From assembly GCA_049889335.1 (NCBI GenBank), contig JBMHDP010000068.1, forward strand, positions 1 through 51,108: a stretch of 51,108 nucleotides of DNA, in the 5' to 3' direction. Positions 31,253 through 40,180 of this stretch are shown piece by piece. This DNA comes from Planctomycetota bacterium (GTDB taxonomy: Bacteria; Planctomycetota; UBA1135; UBA2386). How positions within the stretch are numbered: the stretch's first letter is position 1; each line of letters starts with the position of its first letter. The notes under the pieces are model-generated. The model was not told the origin of the DNA. It did not search any database and was given only the letters and a program-made list of their open reading frames with translations. Position numbers and translations under genes: made by a program.

Positions 31253-32827
31253 ATGCACGCGCGCGAGATCCAACGAGGGACGCTGACGCTGATCTGTCTG
31301 TGCGGGCTCAGCGCAGCCTCGGTCGCGCAGGATCCGGGAGCGGCCGCTGCCGCGCCGAAGCCCGTGCCGGTCGACCGCGACGCCGAGCTGCGGGGCGCGC
31401 CGGTCAAAGAGCTGACGCTGGGCGAGGCGCTGCTCCGAGGACGGGAGGGCAACGTCGGCATCCGCGAGGCGGAGATCCTGCCGGAGCAGGCGCGCATGGA
31501 CGTGATCTTCGCCGAGGCCGGCTTCCAGCCGGAGTTCTACGGCGCCAGCGGGTTCGCCGAGAGCGAGCGTCCCCAGTTCAACAGCTTCCAGCCTTCGATC
31601 ACCTCCGAGACCATCGACGCGCAGGTGGGCTGGCGGCAGCGGGTGATCACCGGCGGCCTGTTCGACCTCGCGTTCCAGCCGTCGCGGTTCGAGAGCGACG
31701 GGGGCGGCGGCTTCTTCCCCAGCCGTCAGTTCACCGCCAACTGGCAGGCGACGTTCCGTCAGCCGCTGCTCCGCGGCGCGTGGACGGACTACAACTTCGG
31801 CGACGTGCGGTCGGCCCAGTACCGCCGTACGCAGGCCGATCACCAATTCGACCGCACCGTGCAGGACACCCTGCTGCAGATCGTGCAGGCCTACTGGGAG
31901 CTGGTGTTCTCACGCGAGAACTGGCGCGTCGTGCAGAGCGCGCTGGACGTGGCCGAGGAGCAGCTGCGGATCACCTTGGAGCGGATCCGGGTCGAACAGC
32001 TGGCGCCCCGTGATCGCGTCGCCGACGAAGCCGAGGTCGCGCGTCGGCGCGAAGAGCTGATCACCGCAGAGAACGCCATCCGGGACCGCGAAGACGACTT
32101 GCGCAGGCTGCTCTACGACGGCAGCGAGGCGCGGATCTGGCGCTACAACCTGCGGCCGATCTCCCCGATCGAGGTGACGCCGAGCGACGACCTGCCAGCC
32201 TTCGAGGCCCTGGTGGAGGTAGCGGTCCAGCGTCGACCGGACCTGCGCGCGTTGCGCAGTTCGGTCTCGGCGGCAGAGGTCGCCGCCATGCAGGCCGAGC
32301 GCGACGTGCTCCCGCAGCTCGACCTCGTCACGGGCTACTCGTCGGACGGCGTCTCCTCGGACGACGCGCTGACTGGCGCGAGCGGCAGCCTGCGACGGGC
32401 CTTTCAGGACGCGTCGGATCAGGAGTTCCCCGACTGGTCCGTGCGACTCGAGTTCGCCATCCCGATCGGCAACCACGCCGCGCGGTCGCGCGCGCGGCGC
32501 GCCCAGCTGGAGGTCGAGCGACAGCGGCGCCGCCTGCACGGGGCGACGCTCGACGTGCAGAAGGAGGTGCGGGAGGCGCTGCGCCGGCTCCGTACGCTCG
32601 GGCAGAGCATCCGGGCCACCCGCGAGTCCGTGCGGCTCGCCGAGACCAACCTCGAGACCGAGCAGGTGAAGCAGCGCGTCGGCGCGTCGACGGCGTTCGA
32701 GGTGCAGCGCAGGAACCAGGAGTTACGTGAGGCGCGCAGTCGTCTGCTGCGAAACCAGCTCGACTACCGGACCGCGCAGAGCCGCCTGCTCTATGTGCAG
32801 GGCGCCCTCGAGGCGGCGCCACGCTGA
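31253..32827 (+). CDS. TolC-family outer membrane efflux protein
   Basis: 524 aa with a signal peptide. It shows a two-fold internal repeat with the typical OEP patterns (LTLGEALLRG..., QAYWELVFSRENWRV, VQRRNQELREARSRLLRNQLDYRTAQSRLLYVQG). Confidence 0.8.
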   Translation: MHAREIQRGTLTLICLCGLSAASVAQDPGAAAAAPKPVPVDRDAELRGAPVKELTLGEALLRGREGNVGIREAEILPEQARMDVIFAEAGFQPEFYGASGFAESERPQFNSFQPSITSETIDAQVGWRQRVITGGLFDLAFQPSRFESDGGGGFFPSRQFTANWQATFRQPLLRGAWTDYNFGDVRSAQYRRTQADHQFDRTVQDTLLQIVQAYWELVFSRENWRVVQSALDVAEEQLRITLERIRVEQLAPRDRVADEAEVARRREELITAENAIRDREDDLRRLLYDGSEARIWRYNLRPISPIEVTPSDDLPAFEALVEVAVQRRPDLRALRSSVSAAEVAAMQAERDVLPQLDLVTGYSSDGVSSDDALTGASGSLRRAFQDASDQEFPDWSVRLEFAIPIGNHAARSRARRAQLEVERQRRRLHGATLDVQKEVREALRRLRTLGQSIRATRESVRLAETNLETEQVKQRVGASTAFEVQRRNQELREARSRLLRNQLDYRTAQSRLLYVQGALEAAPR

Positions 32828-32871
32828 CCGCCGTGTTCGGTGACGCTCCGTCCCCGCTGGACTACACACGC

Positions 32872-34566
32872 ATGATGTTGACCCGGACGCCCCGAACGCT
32901 GTGCGGCCTCGCCGCGCTCGCCCTCGCCGCCGCCGCCGCAGGGCAGCAGTTGGATAGACAGGCGCGCGCCCAGCCCAACCCCTACCGCCTCGAGCCGTTC
33001 GTCGAGGTGTTCCCCGTCGCGCTCGAATACCCCCCGATGAAGGGGCTCGAGTATTCGCGCACGCGGCGGCAGGCGCTGCGCCAGGTCGCGGAGAACCTGC
33101 AAGGGAACACCACCCGAGAGACCTGGCAGCTGGCGACCGAGTTCTTCTGGCGCGCGCCGGAAGACGTGGTCGATCCGCTGACGGACGCCATGGACCGCGC
33201 CATGGCCAACCGGGCGCTGGGCGACGTCGTGCGCAACTGCGTCGAGGCGATGGGCAAGACCCGGAACCCGGAGTTCGACGCGGCGCTGCGCCGCGCTGCG
33301 CAGCACAAGAGCGACGGCGTGCGACAGGCCGCCTACGTCGCGCTGGCGTCCGCCGGCAAGCTCGACACGATCCGTGAGCTCGCGGGCGCGTTCACCCAGA
33401 TGACGGGTCGGGGCCGGGAGGCCTGGCTGCGCGCGGTGCGGCTGCGGTTGCCGGAGGAGCGCGTCGCGTTGCTCCGGGGCGTCATGACCGCCGACTACCC
33501 GGCGCTGGTCCGCGACCAGGTGCTCAAAGAGACGGCGCAGCTCCCGGTCGCGGAGGCTGTCGAGGTGCTCCGGCCGCGGTGGGACACCGCGGTCCAGCAG
33601 TTCAAGGCGATCATCGCGGGGGTCCTGCACGCCAACGGGGACGGCGCGGGCACGGCCTGGCTGCGCGAGGCGATGCAGGGGGAGAACCTGGACGAGGTCA
33701 CCTGGGCGGTGCGGCACTGCGCGTTCGGCTCGGACCCGGACGCGGCGCTCGGCGCGCTGCGTGAGCCCTTGCTCCGGCTGTCGACGCATCTGCGGCCCGA
33801 GGTCCGGCTGGAGGTCGCCAAGCAGCTGACCCGGATCGAGGGCGCCGACGTCGCCGACGTCTACGAGGTGATGACCTCGCCCGACGAGGTCTGGGACATT
33901 CGCGCGCTGGCGACGCGGGAGCTCACCCGTCGCGGCCGCACGCAGCTGGTCTCCGTGCTCCTCGAGGAGCTGCCGACGGCGACCGGCACGCGGATGCACA
34001 GCATCGTCAACCAGCTGTCGGCGAGCGGGGACCCGCGCGCCGTCGAGGTCCTCGTCGAGCGGTTCCGGAAGGCGCCGCCGGGCCAGGGGCGCGCGTTCCT
34101 GCAGGCGATCGCGCAGAACGGCAGCGACGCCGCCGCCGAGGCGCTGTTCGACCTCTACGCCGGCCCTCCGAAGCTCGTGACCCGGAGCGACGATCGCGCG
34201 CTGACGACCCGTAACTACCTGCCGACGCTGTTCCTCAACCTCCGCGGCAGCGAACGCGTCATCGTCGCGCGCTTCCTGGCGCTGCCCAAGGACGCCCACG
34301 AACTGCGCGCGCGGCTGATGCCGACGATCACCGGCTTCGCTGCGGACCGCAGGGGCGACGACGCGCTCGTGGCGCTCTGCGTCGAGCCCGTCCGCGCGAT
34401 CCTCTTCGACGCCGAGGAGCTGCCGCAGCTCCGCGTCCTGGCGCTCAACGTGCTGACGCGCAACTGGCTCACGATCGACGACGCGATGCGACTCAAGCGC
34501 ATGATGCGGCGCGAGGCGCCCGGGCTGCGCGCGCTGTTCGCGGACTTCCTGAACAACGTCTTCTAG
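32872..34566 (+). CDS. secreted HEAT-repeat protein
   Basis: 564 aa, counted from the ATG at 32872 (MMLTRTPRTLCGLAALALAAAAAGQQ signal peptide). It has repeated HEAT/PBS-lyase-like units (e.g. SDGVRQAAYVALASAGK, SGDPRAVEVLVERF). Confidence 0.65.
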   Translation: MMLTRTPRTLCGLAALALAAAAAGQQLDRQARAQPNPYRLEPFVEVFPVALEYPPMKGLEYSRTRRQALRQVAENLQGNTTRETWQLATEFFWRAPEDVVDPLTDAMDRAMANRALGDVVRNCVEAMGKTRNPEFDAALRRAAQHKSDGVRQAAYVALASAGKLDTIRELAGAFTQMTGRGREAWLRAVRLRLPEERVALLRGVMTADYPALVRDQVLKETAQLPVAEAVEVLRPRWDTAVQQFKAIIAGVLHANGDGAGTAWLREAMQGENLDEVTWAVRHCAFGSDPDAALGALREPLLRLSTHLRPEVRLEVAKQLTRIEGADVADVYEVMTSPDEVWDIRALATRELTRRGRTQLVSVLLEELPTATGTRMHSIVNQLSASGDPRAVEVLVERFRKAPPGQGRAFLQAIAQNGSDAAAEALFDLYAGPPKLVTRSDDRALTTRNYLPTLFLNLRGSERVIVARFLALPKDAHELRARLMPTITGFAADRRGDDALVALCVEPVRAILFDAEELPQLRVLALNVLTRNWLTIDDAMRLKRMMRREAPGLRALFADFLNNVF

Positions 34567-34618
34567 GCCGCTGTCATCTGGGGCGCTCCGACCGCCGTCG
34601 CCGCGCGGGCGCGGCCGG

Positions 34619-35233
34619 CTAGAAGAGCAGCCAGCGCTCGTTGTCTCGGCCGGGGTAGGGGCTGAGACGCCGGCTGCCCATCCCTGGGCGCCTGTGGGCG
34701 TGACCGGGCGACGGGCGATCGTCTCCGAAGCCCGCGTAGGACGCGCGCAGATTGCGCGTGTAGGACCGCGCGGCGTTGTCGGGGTAGAAGAACGTGCAGT
34801 GGCCGGGACCGATCGAGCTGCGGGGCCACGCGGTGACCTCGAGCGCAGGCGCTGTGTCCTTGCCAGGCCGCTGGTCGAGCGCGTGGGGCGACTCGCACAG
34901 CTGGAAGGCGTAGTGCTTGTTCTGTAGGCACAGGAGCGCTCCCTCGGGGACCTCCTCGACGCGGACCAGGTCCTTGACGCGCTGGCCCCGGCTGGCAGCG
35001 AGGGCGAAGCACCGCGCCTCGATGGCGCTGAGCGCGGCGGGGTCGAGCGGCGGCGCGAAGCCGGCGCACGCGTCCAGGAGCGCTTCGGCGACCCCGCTGG
35101 CGCGGGCCTCGATGCGCGTCGTCCGGGTCGCGCTCAGCCAAGGAAACCAGAGGCTCAAGGCGAGCAGCGCCAGACCCAGTCCTACGTAGAGGCCGGCCGG
35201 GTTGACCCAGGGCGTCCGGAAGGATCCGCTCAT
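34619..35233 (-). CDS. hypothetical membrane-anchored protein
   Basis: 204 aa with one N-terminal TM segment (LYVGLGLALLALSLWFPWL). No family recognised. It is divergent from cca. Confidence 0.45.
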   Translation of the reverse strand: MSGSFRTPWVNPAGLYVGLGLALLALSLWFPWLSATRTTRIEARASGVAEALLDACAGFAPPLDPAALSAIEARCFALAASRGQRVKDLVRVEEVPEGALLCLQNKHYAFQLCESPHALDQRPGKDTAPALEVTAWPRSSIGPGHCTFFYPDNAARSYTRNLRASYAGFGDDRPSPGHAHRRPGMGSRRLSPYPGRDNERWLLF

Positions 35234-35239
35234 CCGCGG

Positions 35240-35245
35240 TAGTAT
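35240..35245 (+). promoter_or_regulatory. candidate -10 hexamer TAGTAT, 11 nt upstream of the cca ATG
   Basis: The context is GCGGTAGTATCGGAGACCAGCATG, the same GCGGTAGnAT context as at thiE. Confidence 0.25.
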
Positions 35246-35256
35246 CGGAGACCAGC

Positions 35257-36615
35257 ATGCGCGTGACCAGGATCGAACCGCCCGAGCTGCCCGCGCACGT
35301 CGCGGCCTGCCTCGCGGCCCTGAACCGCGGCGGCGGGCGCGGTTGGCTGGTCGGAGGCGCCGTGCGGGATCTGCTGCAAGGCCGCGCGCCGCGGGACTTC
35401 GACGTCGCCACGGACCTCACTCCTGCCGAGGTGGCGGGTCGCTTCGAGCAGGTGGACGCGCGCAGCGGCCGGCTCGGCACGAGCGTCGTGCACCTCGCGG
35501 ACCACGCCGTGACCGTCACGACGCTGCGCGCGGAAGGCGCCTACTCGGACGGGCGACGGCCGGACGAGGTGACGTTCGTTCGCGACGTGGCGCGCGACGC
35601 CAAGCGACGTGACTTCACGGTCAACGCCCTGTATCTCGACGCGGCGCGCGGCGAGCTGCTGGACCCGTGCGACGGGCGCGCGGACCTGTCTCGGCGGTCG
35701 CTCCGCTGCGTGGGGGAGCCTGCAGCCCGGTTCCGAGAGGACCCGCTCCGGCTCTTGCGGCTGGCGCGCTTCTGCGGGAGCGCCGGGCTCGACGTGGAGA
35801 CGACCACGGCGGCCGCTGCCCGAACAGAGGCCGCCGGGCTGCGCAGCCTCTCTGCGGAGCGCGTGTTCTCCGAGCTGACCGACATGTTCACGGGCGAGGG
35901 CCGCGGCCGCGCGCTGCGCGCGCTGGTCGACCTCGGCCTCGCGGCGGTCGTGCTGCCAGAGGTCGCGGCCATGGACCGTGTGCCGCAGCCGCCGGAGTAT
36001 CACCCAGAGGGCGACGTGCTCACCCACGTGGCGCTGGTGCTGGACCACGTGCCGGAAGGAGACGCGGCGCTCGGCTGGAGCGCGGTGCTGCACGACGTCG
36101 GCAAGCCGCCGACGTTCCGGGTCGCTGAGGACCGCATCCGGTTCGACGGACACGACGAGCTGTCGGCGAAGATGGCCGAGCAGGTGCTGCGACGCCTCCG
36201 CGCGCCCGGCCCGCTGCGCGAGGCCGTCGTGGACGTGTGTCGTCACCACATCCGGTTCGCGGCGCTGCCGCAGATGCGGCCGGTCCGCGCCGAGCGATGG
36301 ATGCGGACGCCGGGATTCCCGCTGCACCTGGCGTTTCACTACGCGGACTGTATGGGCAGCCACCAGAAGCTCGGGATCTACGAGTTCGCGCGCGAGCGCC
36401 TGGCTGCGCTGCCACCGCAGCGAGCGCCGCTCCTGCAGGGGCGGGACGTGCTAGCGCTCGGCGTGCCCAAAGGGCCGCTGGTCGGCGAGCTCCTGCGCGA
36501 AGTCGAGGCTCGGATCGAGGCGCGCGACGAGCCGGCGAGCCGCGCAGACGCGCTGGTCCTGCTTCGGGACGCGGTCGAGGCGCGAGGTCAAGGCGGCGGC
36601 GACCGAGGGCGATAG
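35257..36615 (+). CDS. cca: CCA-adding tRNA nucleotidyltransferase with an HD domain
   Basis: 452 aa. Motifs: LVGGAVRDLLQGRAPRDFDVAT head domain, RRDFTVNALY, and the HD-domain motif LHDVGK. Confidence 0.85.
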   Translation: MRVTRIEPPELPAHVAACLAALNRGGGRGWLVGGAVRDLLQGRAPRDFDVATDLTPAEVAGRFEQVDARSGRLGTSVVHLADHAVTVTTLRAEGAYSDGRRPDEVTFVRDVARDAKRRDFTVNALYLDAARGELLDPCDGRADLSRRSLRCVGEPAARFREDPLRLLRLARFCGSAGLDVETTTAAAARTEAAGLRSLSAERVFSELTDMFTGEGRGRALRALVDLGLAAVVLPEVAAMDRVPQPPEYHPEGDVLTHVALVLDHVPEGDAALGWSAVLHDVGKPPTFRVAEDRIRFDGHDELSAKMAEQVLRRLRAPGPLREAVVDVCRHHIRFAALPQMRPVRAERWMRTPGFPLHLAFHYADCMGSHQKLGIYEFARERLAALPPQRAPLLQGRDVLALGVPKGPLVGELLREVEARIEARDEPASRADALVLLRDAVEARGQGGGDRGR

Positions 36616-36658
36616 CCCGTTTACGCCCGGTGTGACCGACGCCCGGCGAGGAGACACC

Positions 36659-37465
36659 ATGCTGCGCCAGACCACCGACGAGTTCGACGCCTTCCGCCGG
36701 GACCGCAAGAAGGCCAAGGCGCGGCTCGGACCCCAAGCCAGCGTGCTCGGCTACGACAACGCGGCGCTGCGGGAGCTCGAGGAGGTCGAGGCGCGGGAGG
36801 TGCGAGAGCAGCAGCTGTCCCGCGAGGTCCATGACTTCTTCGCCGCGGCGACCAAGCAGGCGGCGACCATCGTCGAGAAGGTGGCCCAGGACGCGGAGCA
36901 AGAGGTCGACGTGCGGCTGCAGGACGAGATGCGCGGGTTCCTCGTAGACGCGATGGCGCGGATGAACACGTTCGTGGTCTCGACCCTGCAGCGCGAGGGG
37001 CAGGCCGGCGTCGCAGAGACGCAGATCGAGCCCGACGTCAAGCGGCTGGTCGGGCCCGACCTGGACGGGTTCCGCTACGAGGGCAGCGCGGCGGCCAGCG
37101 AGGCGCACATCGGCCAGGATCCGTTCGCGACGGCGGTCGAGGACGTGCAGGCCGAGTTCCGTCAGCGCGTCGAGGGCCTCCCCGACCCCAGCGCGCCGGC
37201 GGCGTCGGCGCCAGGGTTGGTGGTGCCCGAGCTCGAGGCAGGGCCCGAAGAACGTCAGGCGAGCGAGCCCGCGGCGAGCTCGGAGACCGGCGAAGCGCGC
37301 GTCGCGCGCGACGAGGGCTGCGAGGTGACGCCGCCGGCGCCGGCCTCGACCGATGACGACCAGTTCCGCAGCGCCCTGAAGGCGCTGGTCCGTCAAGGCG
37401 TCATGCAGCCCGAAGAGGCGCAGGCGGCGTGGCGCGCGCGCGTCGGCCGCGACGGCGACGCGTAG
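36659..37465 (+). CDS. hypothetical acidic coiled-coil-like protein
   Basis: The ATG at 36659 is used; an upstream GTG at 36632 is also possible. The protein is Glu/Ala/Gln-rich and helical. No family recognised. Confidence 0.45.
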   Translation: MLRQTTDEFDAFRRDRKKAKARLGPQASVLGYDNAALRELEEVEAREVREQQLSREVHDFFAAATKQAATIVEKVAQDAEQEVDVRLQDEMRGFLVDAMARMNTFVVSTLQREGQAGVAETQIEPDVKRLVGPDLDGFRYEGSAAASEAHIGQDPFATAVEDVQAEFRQRVEGLPDPSAPAASAPGLVVPELEAGPEERQASEPAASSETGEARVARDEGCEVTPPAPASTDDDQFRSALKALVRQGVMQPEEAQAAWRARVGRDGDA

Positions 37466-37477
37466 CGGCGCCGCTCC

Positions 37478-38356
37478 TCAGGTGAGCGAGATGCTCCGCG
37501 CGATCCTGCGCGCGAGCGGGATGGTGACCGTGATCCCGAGCGCCTCGGGCCAGCGCCCGGCGGCGAGGGTCAGCAGCGCCGTGTAGAGCATCGTGCCCAG
37601 GAGCAGGAAGGTCATGCTCTCGCGGATCCGCGCCTGCGGCCACTCGCGCGTCTTCGCGTTGCGCCGGAGGAACCACAGGCAGGGGAGTGCGGCGATCACG
37701 GTCGCCGGCCACCAGCCGCCCTGCACGACCGCGACGCCGGCGAACGCGACGATTGGCGGCGCTGCCTGCACGGTCGCGATGGCGCGGCCCGGGACGGAGC
37801 GCGCGTCTTCGAAGATGCCGAGCACGGTCACGGCGACGATGTAGATCCCGTAGCAGAGGGCGGCCAGCAGCAGGGCCCTGCGCGCCTCGTCGGTCACGGC
37901 GCCCTCGCCTGCCGCGAGGGCCAGCCCGGTGCCCAGGTTCATCGCGCGCAAGGCGCCCATGTTGAGCGCGCCGAGCCACTCGACCCGCTTGCCGAGGAAG
38001 TCGTAGACCAGGACGAAGGCCGCGATCCACGAGTGGTGCACGCGACACGGCGAGGCCCACAGGCCGCCCGCGAGCAGCGCGAGGCCGAGCGCGACGGCGA
38101 GGCCGAGCGACACGTGGCCGCTCGGGAGCGGCCGCTCGGGCCGCTGCACGGCGTCGAGTCGGCGGTCCGCGACGTCGTTCCAGACCATGCCGGCGCCGTA
38201 GACGAGCGTGCTCGCGAGCATGGCGCGCGCGACAGGGACGCCGAGCGCGACCTGCATGATGGCCGCGCCTGCCAGGACGTCGGCCGCCGGCGAGAACCAC
38301 GCGCCGATCCGGAAGAGCCTCAGGATCGAGAGGGAGAGCGGGGGCCGGTCCGTCAC
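37478..38356 (-). CDS. UbiA-family prenyltransferase
   Basis: 292 aa, counted from the GTG at 38356, which overlaps the rseP stop (GTGA). It carries the Asp-rich motif NDVADRRLD (NDxxDxxxD) and multiple TM helices. Substrate unknown. Confidence 0.75.
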   Translation of the reverse strand: MTDRPPLSLSILRLFRIGAWFSPAADVLAGAAIMQVALGVPVARAMLASTLVYGAGMVWNDVADRRLDAVQRPERPLPSGHVSLGLAVALGLALLAGGLWASPCRVHHSWIAAFVLVYDFLGKRVEWLGALNMGALRAMNLGTGLALAAGEGAVTDEARRALLLAALCYGIYIVAVTVLGIFEDARSVPGRAIATVQAAPPIVAFAGVAVVQGGWWPATVIAALPCLWFLRRNAKTREWPQARIRESMTFLLLGTMLYTALLTLAAGRWPEALGITVTIPLARRIARSISLT

Positions 38357-40167
38357 AGCAGCCGCAGGATGTCGTTGTAGGTCACGAAGAGGACCAGCAG
38401 CAGCACGAACACGAGGCCGATCACCTGGCTGTAGCCGAAGACCTTGGTGCTGACGGGAGACCCCTTGACCTTCTCGATCAGCAGGAACAGCAGGTGGCCG
38501 CCGTCGAGCACCGGCACAGGCAGGAGGTTGACGAACGCGAGGTTGACGCTGAGCAGCGCCAGGAAGTACCAGAACCAGCTCGGGCCGCGCTGCGCGGCCT
38601 GGTAGCTGACCTGGCTGATGCGGATGATGCCGCCGAGGTTCTTCGCGCCGACCTCGCCGGTGACGAGCCGCTTCATCGTCACGTAGAGCTGCTTGACCAG
38701 GTCGAGCGAACAGACCGTGCCGAGCCGCACGGCGTCCGTGAGCGACTCGGCGCGGATCTCGTTCATCAGCGGGGCGATCGAGCGCCGGATGCCGAAGTCC
38801 GGCGTGGCCGCCCGCCGCGGCCGGATGGTCAGCGCGAGCCGCTCGCCGGTCGGTCCGTCGGCCGCGCGCGACAGGTCCTCTGGCCCGGGCCGACGCACGA
38901 TCAGGAACAGCGGCTGCGTCCCTTGGTTCTGAACGGCGCGACGAAGCTGCTCCCACTCGGTGATCGCGACGCCGTCGATGTCCGTGATCCAGTCCCCGGG
39001 TCGGAGCCCGCCGTCCGCGGCCGCGCTGCCGGGCGTGGGCAGGAGCTGGAGCCTCGGGTCCGTGTCGAGGGCGACCGCGTCGACGAGCGCGCGTCGCTGC
39101 GGGCTCGTGAGCCGCGCCGTCAGCTCGAGCCGCTGGTCGCCGCGTCGCACGAGCCAGCGGGTCTCACGCGCCTCCTCTTCGGCGAACGCGGAGAGGTCCC
39201 CGGCAAAAAAGCGCCTGCCGTCGACGGCGAGCACCACGTCGCCGCGCTCGAGCCCGAGCCGCGCCGGGGCGTCGGCGTCGGCGCGGATGCCTGCGATCCG
39301 GTGCGGCAGCGGCCGGACGCCGAGGAGCGCCGGCGCTTCGTCGCGGCTGTTCCGTGGGGTCACGCTGGCGCGCAGGCGCTCGTCGCCCCTCGCGACGTCG
39401 AACGTGACGGGCGCGCTGTCGTCGAGCGGCGCGACGACAGCGCCCCGGTCGCCGTTGACGGCGAGCAGTCGGTCGCCCGAGCGGAGCCCGGCTGCGGCTG
39501 CAGGTCCCGTCGGGTCGACGGTGAGCACGACGTCGCGATCGTCGTAGGCAGGGCGGAGCCCCAGGCCGTAGAGCCCCTGATCAGCCTGGAACCGCGGCTG
39601 GGCGGTCACGACGCGCCGCTCCCCGGCCTGGTCTTCGAGCAGCAGCTCGACCGGGCGGCGGCCGCCGAGCGCGACCTCGATGGCCATGTTCTGAAACGAG
39701 TAGACGGCCTTGCCCGAGACCTCGAGGATCCTGTCGCCCTGCTGCACTCCCGCTTCCCAGGCGGGAGAGCCCGGCGTGATCTCGCCGGCGACCGGCGCCT
39801 CGAACCGGACGCCCGCCGAGAAGACGACCGGGAACACCACGAGCGCGAACAGCGCGTTCATCAGCACTCCGCCGGACCAGAACAGCGCGCGCTGGCCGAC
39901 GGACTTGCTCCAGAGGCACTCCTCCGCTGGATAGCGGCGGTCCTTGGGGTCCTGCCCCGCGACCATGACGTAGCCGCCGAACGGGACCGCCGAGATCCGG
40001 AAGTCGGTCCCGCGCCAGACGAAGCCGCCGAGCCGGGGGCCGAACCCGAGAGAGAAGACCTCGACGCGGACCCCCGCCGCGCGGGCCGCCAGGAAGTGGC
40101 CGCCCTCGTGGATGAAGATCAGGAGGCCGATCCCGAAGACGGCGAGTGCGATGCTGCCGAAGTTCAT
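38353..40167 (-). CDS. rseP: site-2 (M50) intramembrane metalloprotease RseP with an expanded PDZ region
   Basis: 604 aa, counted from the ATG at 40167. Motifs: HEGGHFLAAR (HExxH) and the C-terminal NLLPVPVLDGGH. Four PDZ-like units are recognisable by their G(L/V)xxGDxxxxxxG cores. It is adjacent to dxr. Confidence 0.9.
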   Translation of the reverse strand: MNFGSIALAVFGIGLLIFIHEGGHFLAARAAGVRVEVFSLGFGPRLGGFVWRGTDFRISAVPFGGYVMVAGQDPKDRRYPAEECLWSKSVGQRALFWSGGVLMNALFALVVFPVVFSAGVRFEAPVAGEITPGSPAWEAGVQQGDRILEVSGKAVYSFQNMAIEVALGGRRPVELLLEDQAGERRVVTAQPRFQADQGLYGLGLRPAYDDRDVVLTVDPTGPAAAAGLRSGDRLLAVNGDRGAVVAPLDDSAPVTFDVARGDERLRASVTPRNSRDEAPALLGVRPLPHRIAGIRADADAPARLGLERGDVVLAVDGRRFFAGDLSAFAEEEARETRWLVRRGDQRLELTARLTSPQRRALVDAVALDTDPRLQLLPTPGSAAADGGLRPGDWITDIDGVAITEWEQLRRAVQNQGTQPLFLIVRRPGPEDLSRAADGPTGERLALTIRPRRAATPDFGIRRSIAPLMNEIRAESLTDAVRLGTVCSLDLVKQLYVTMKRLVTGEVGAKNLGGIIRISQVSYQAAQRGPSWFWYFLALLSVNLAFVNLLPVPVLDGGHLLFLLIEKVKGSPVSTKVFGYSQVIGLVFVLLLVLFVTYNDILRLL

Positions 40168-40180
40168 CAGATTCCGAGGT

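Noticed and set aside
34600-34615. Small hairpin GCCGCG-CGGG-CGCGGC between convergent genes, and a similar weak one at 10895-10936, considered as bidirectional terminators.
   Set aside because: Stems of only 5-6 bp in DNA this GC-rich arise easily by chance, and no U-tracts are present. They are not reported as features.
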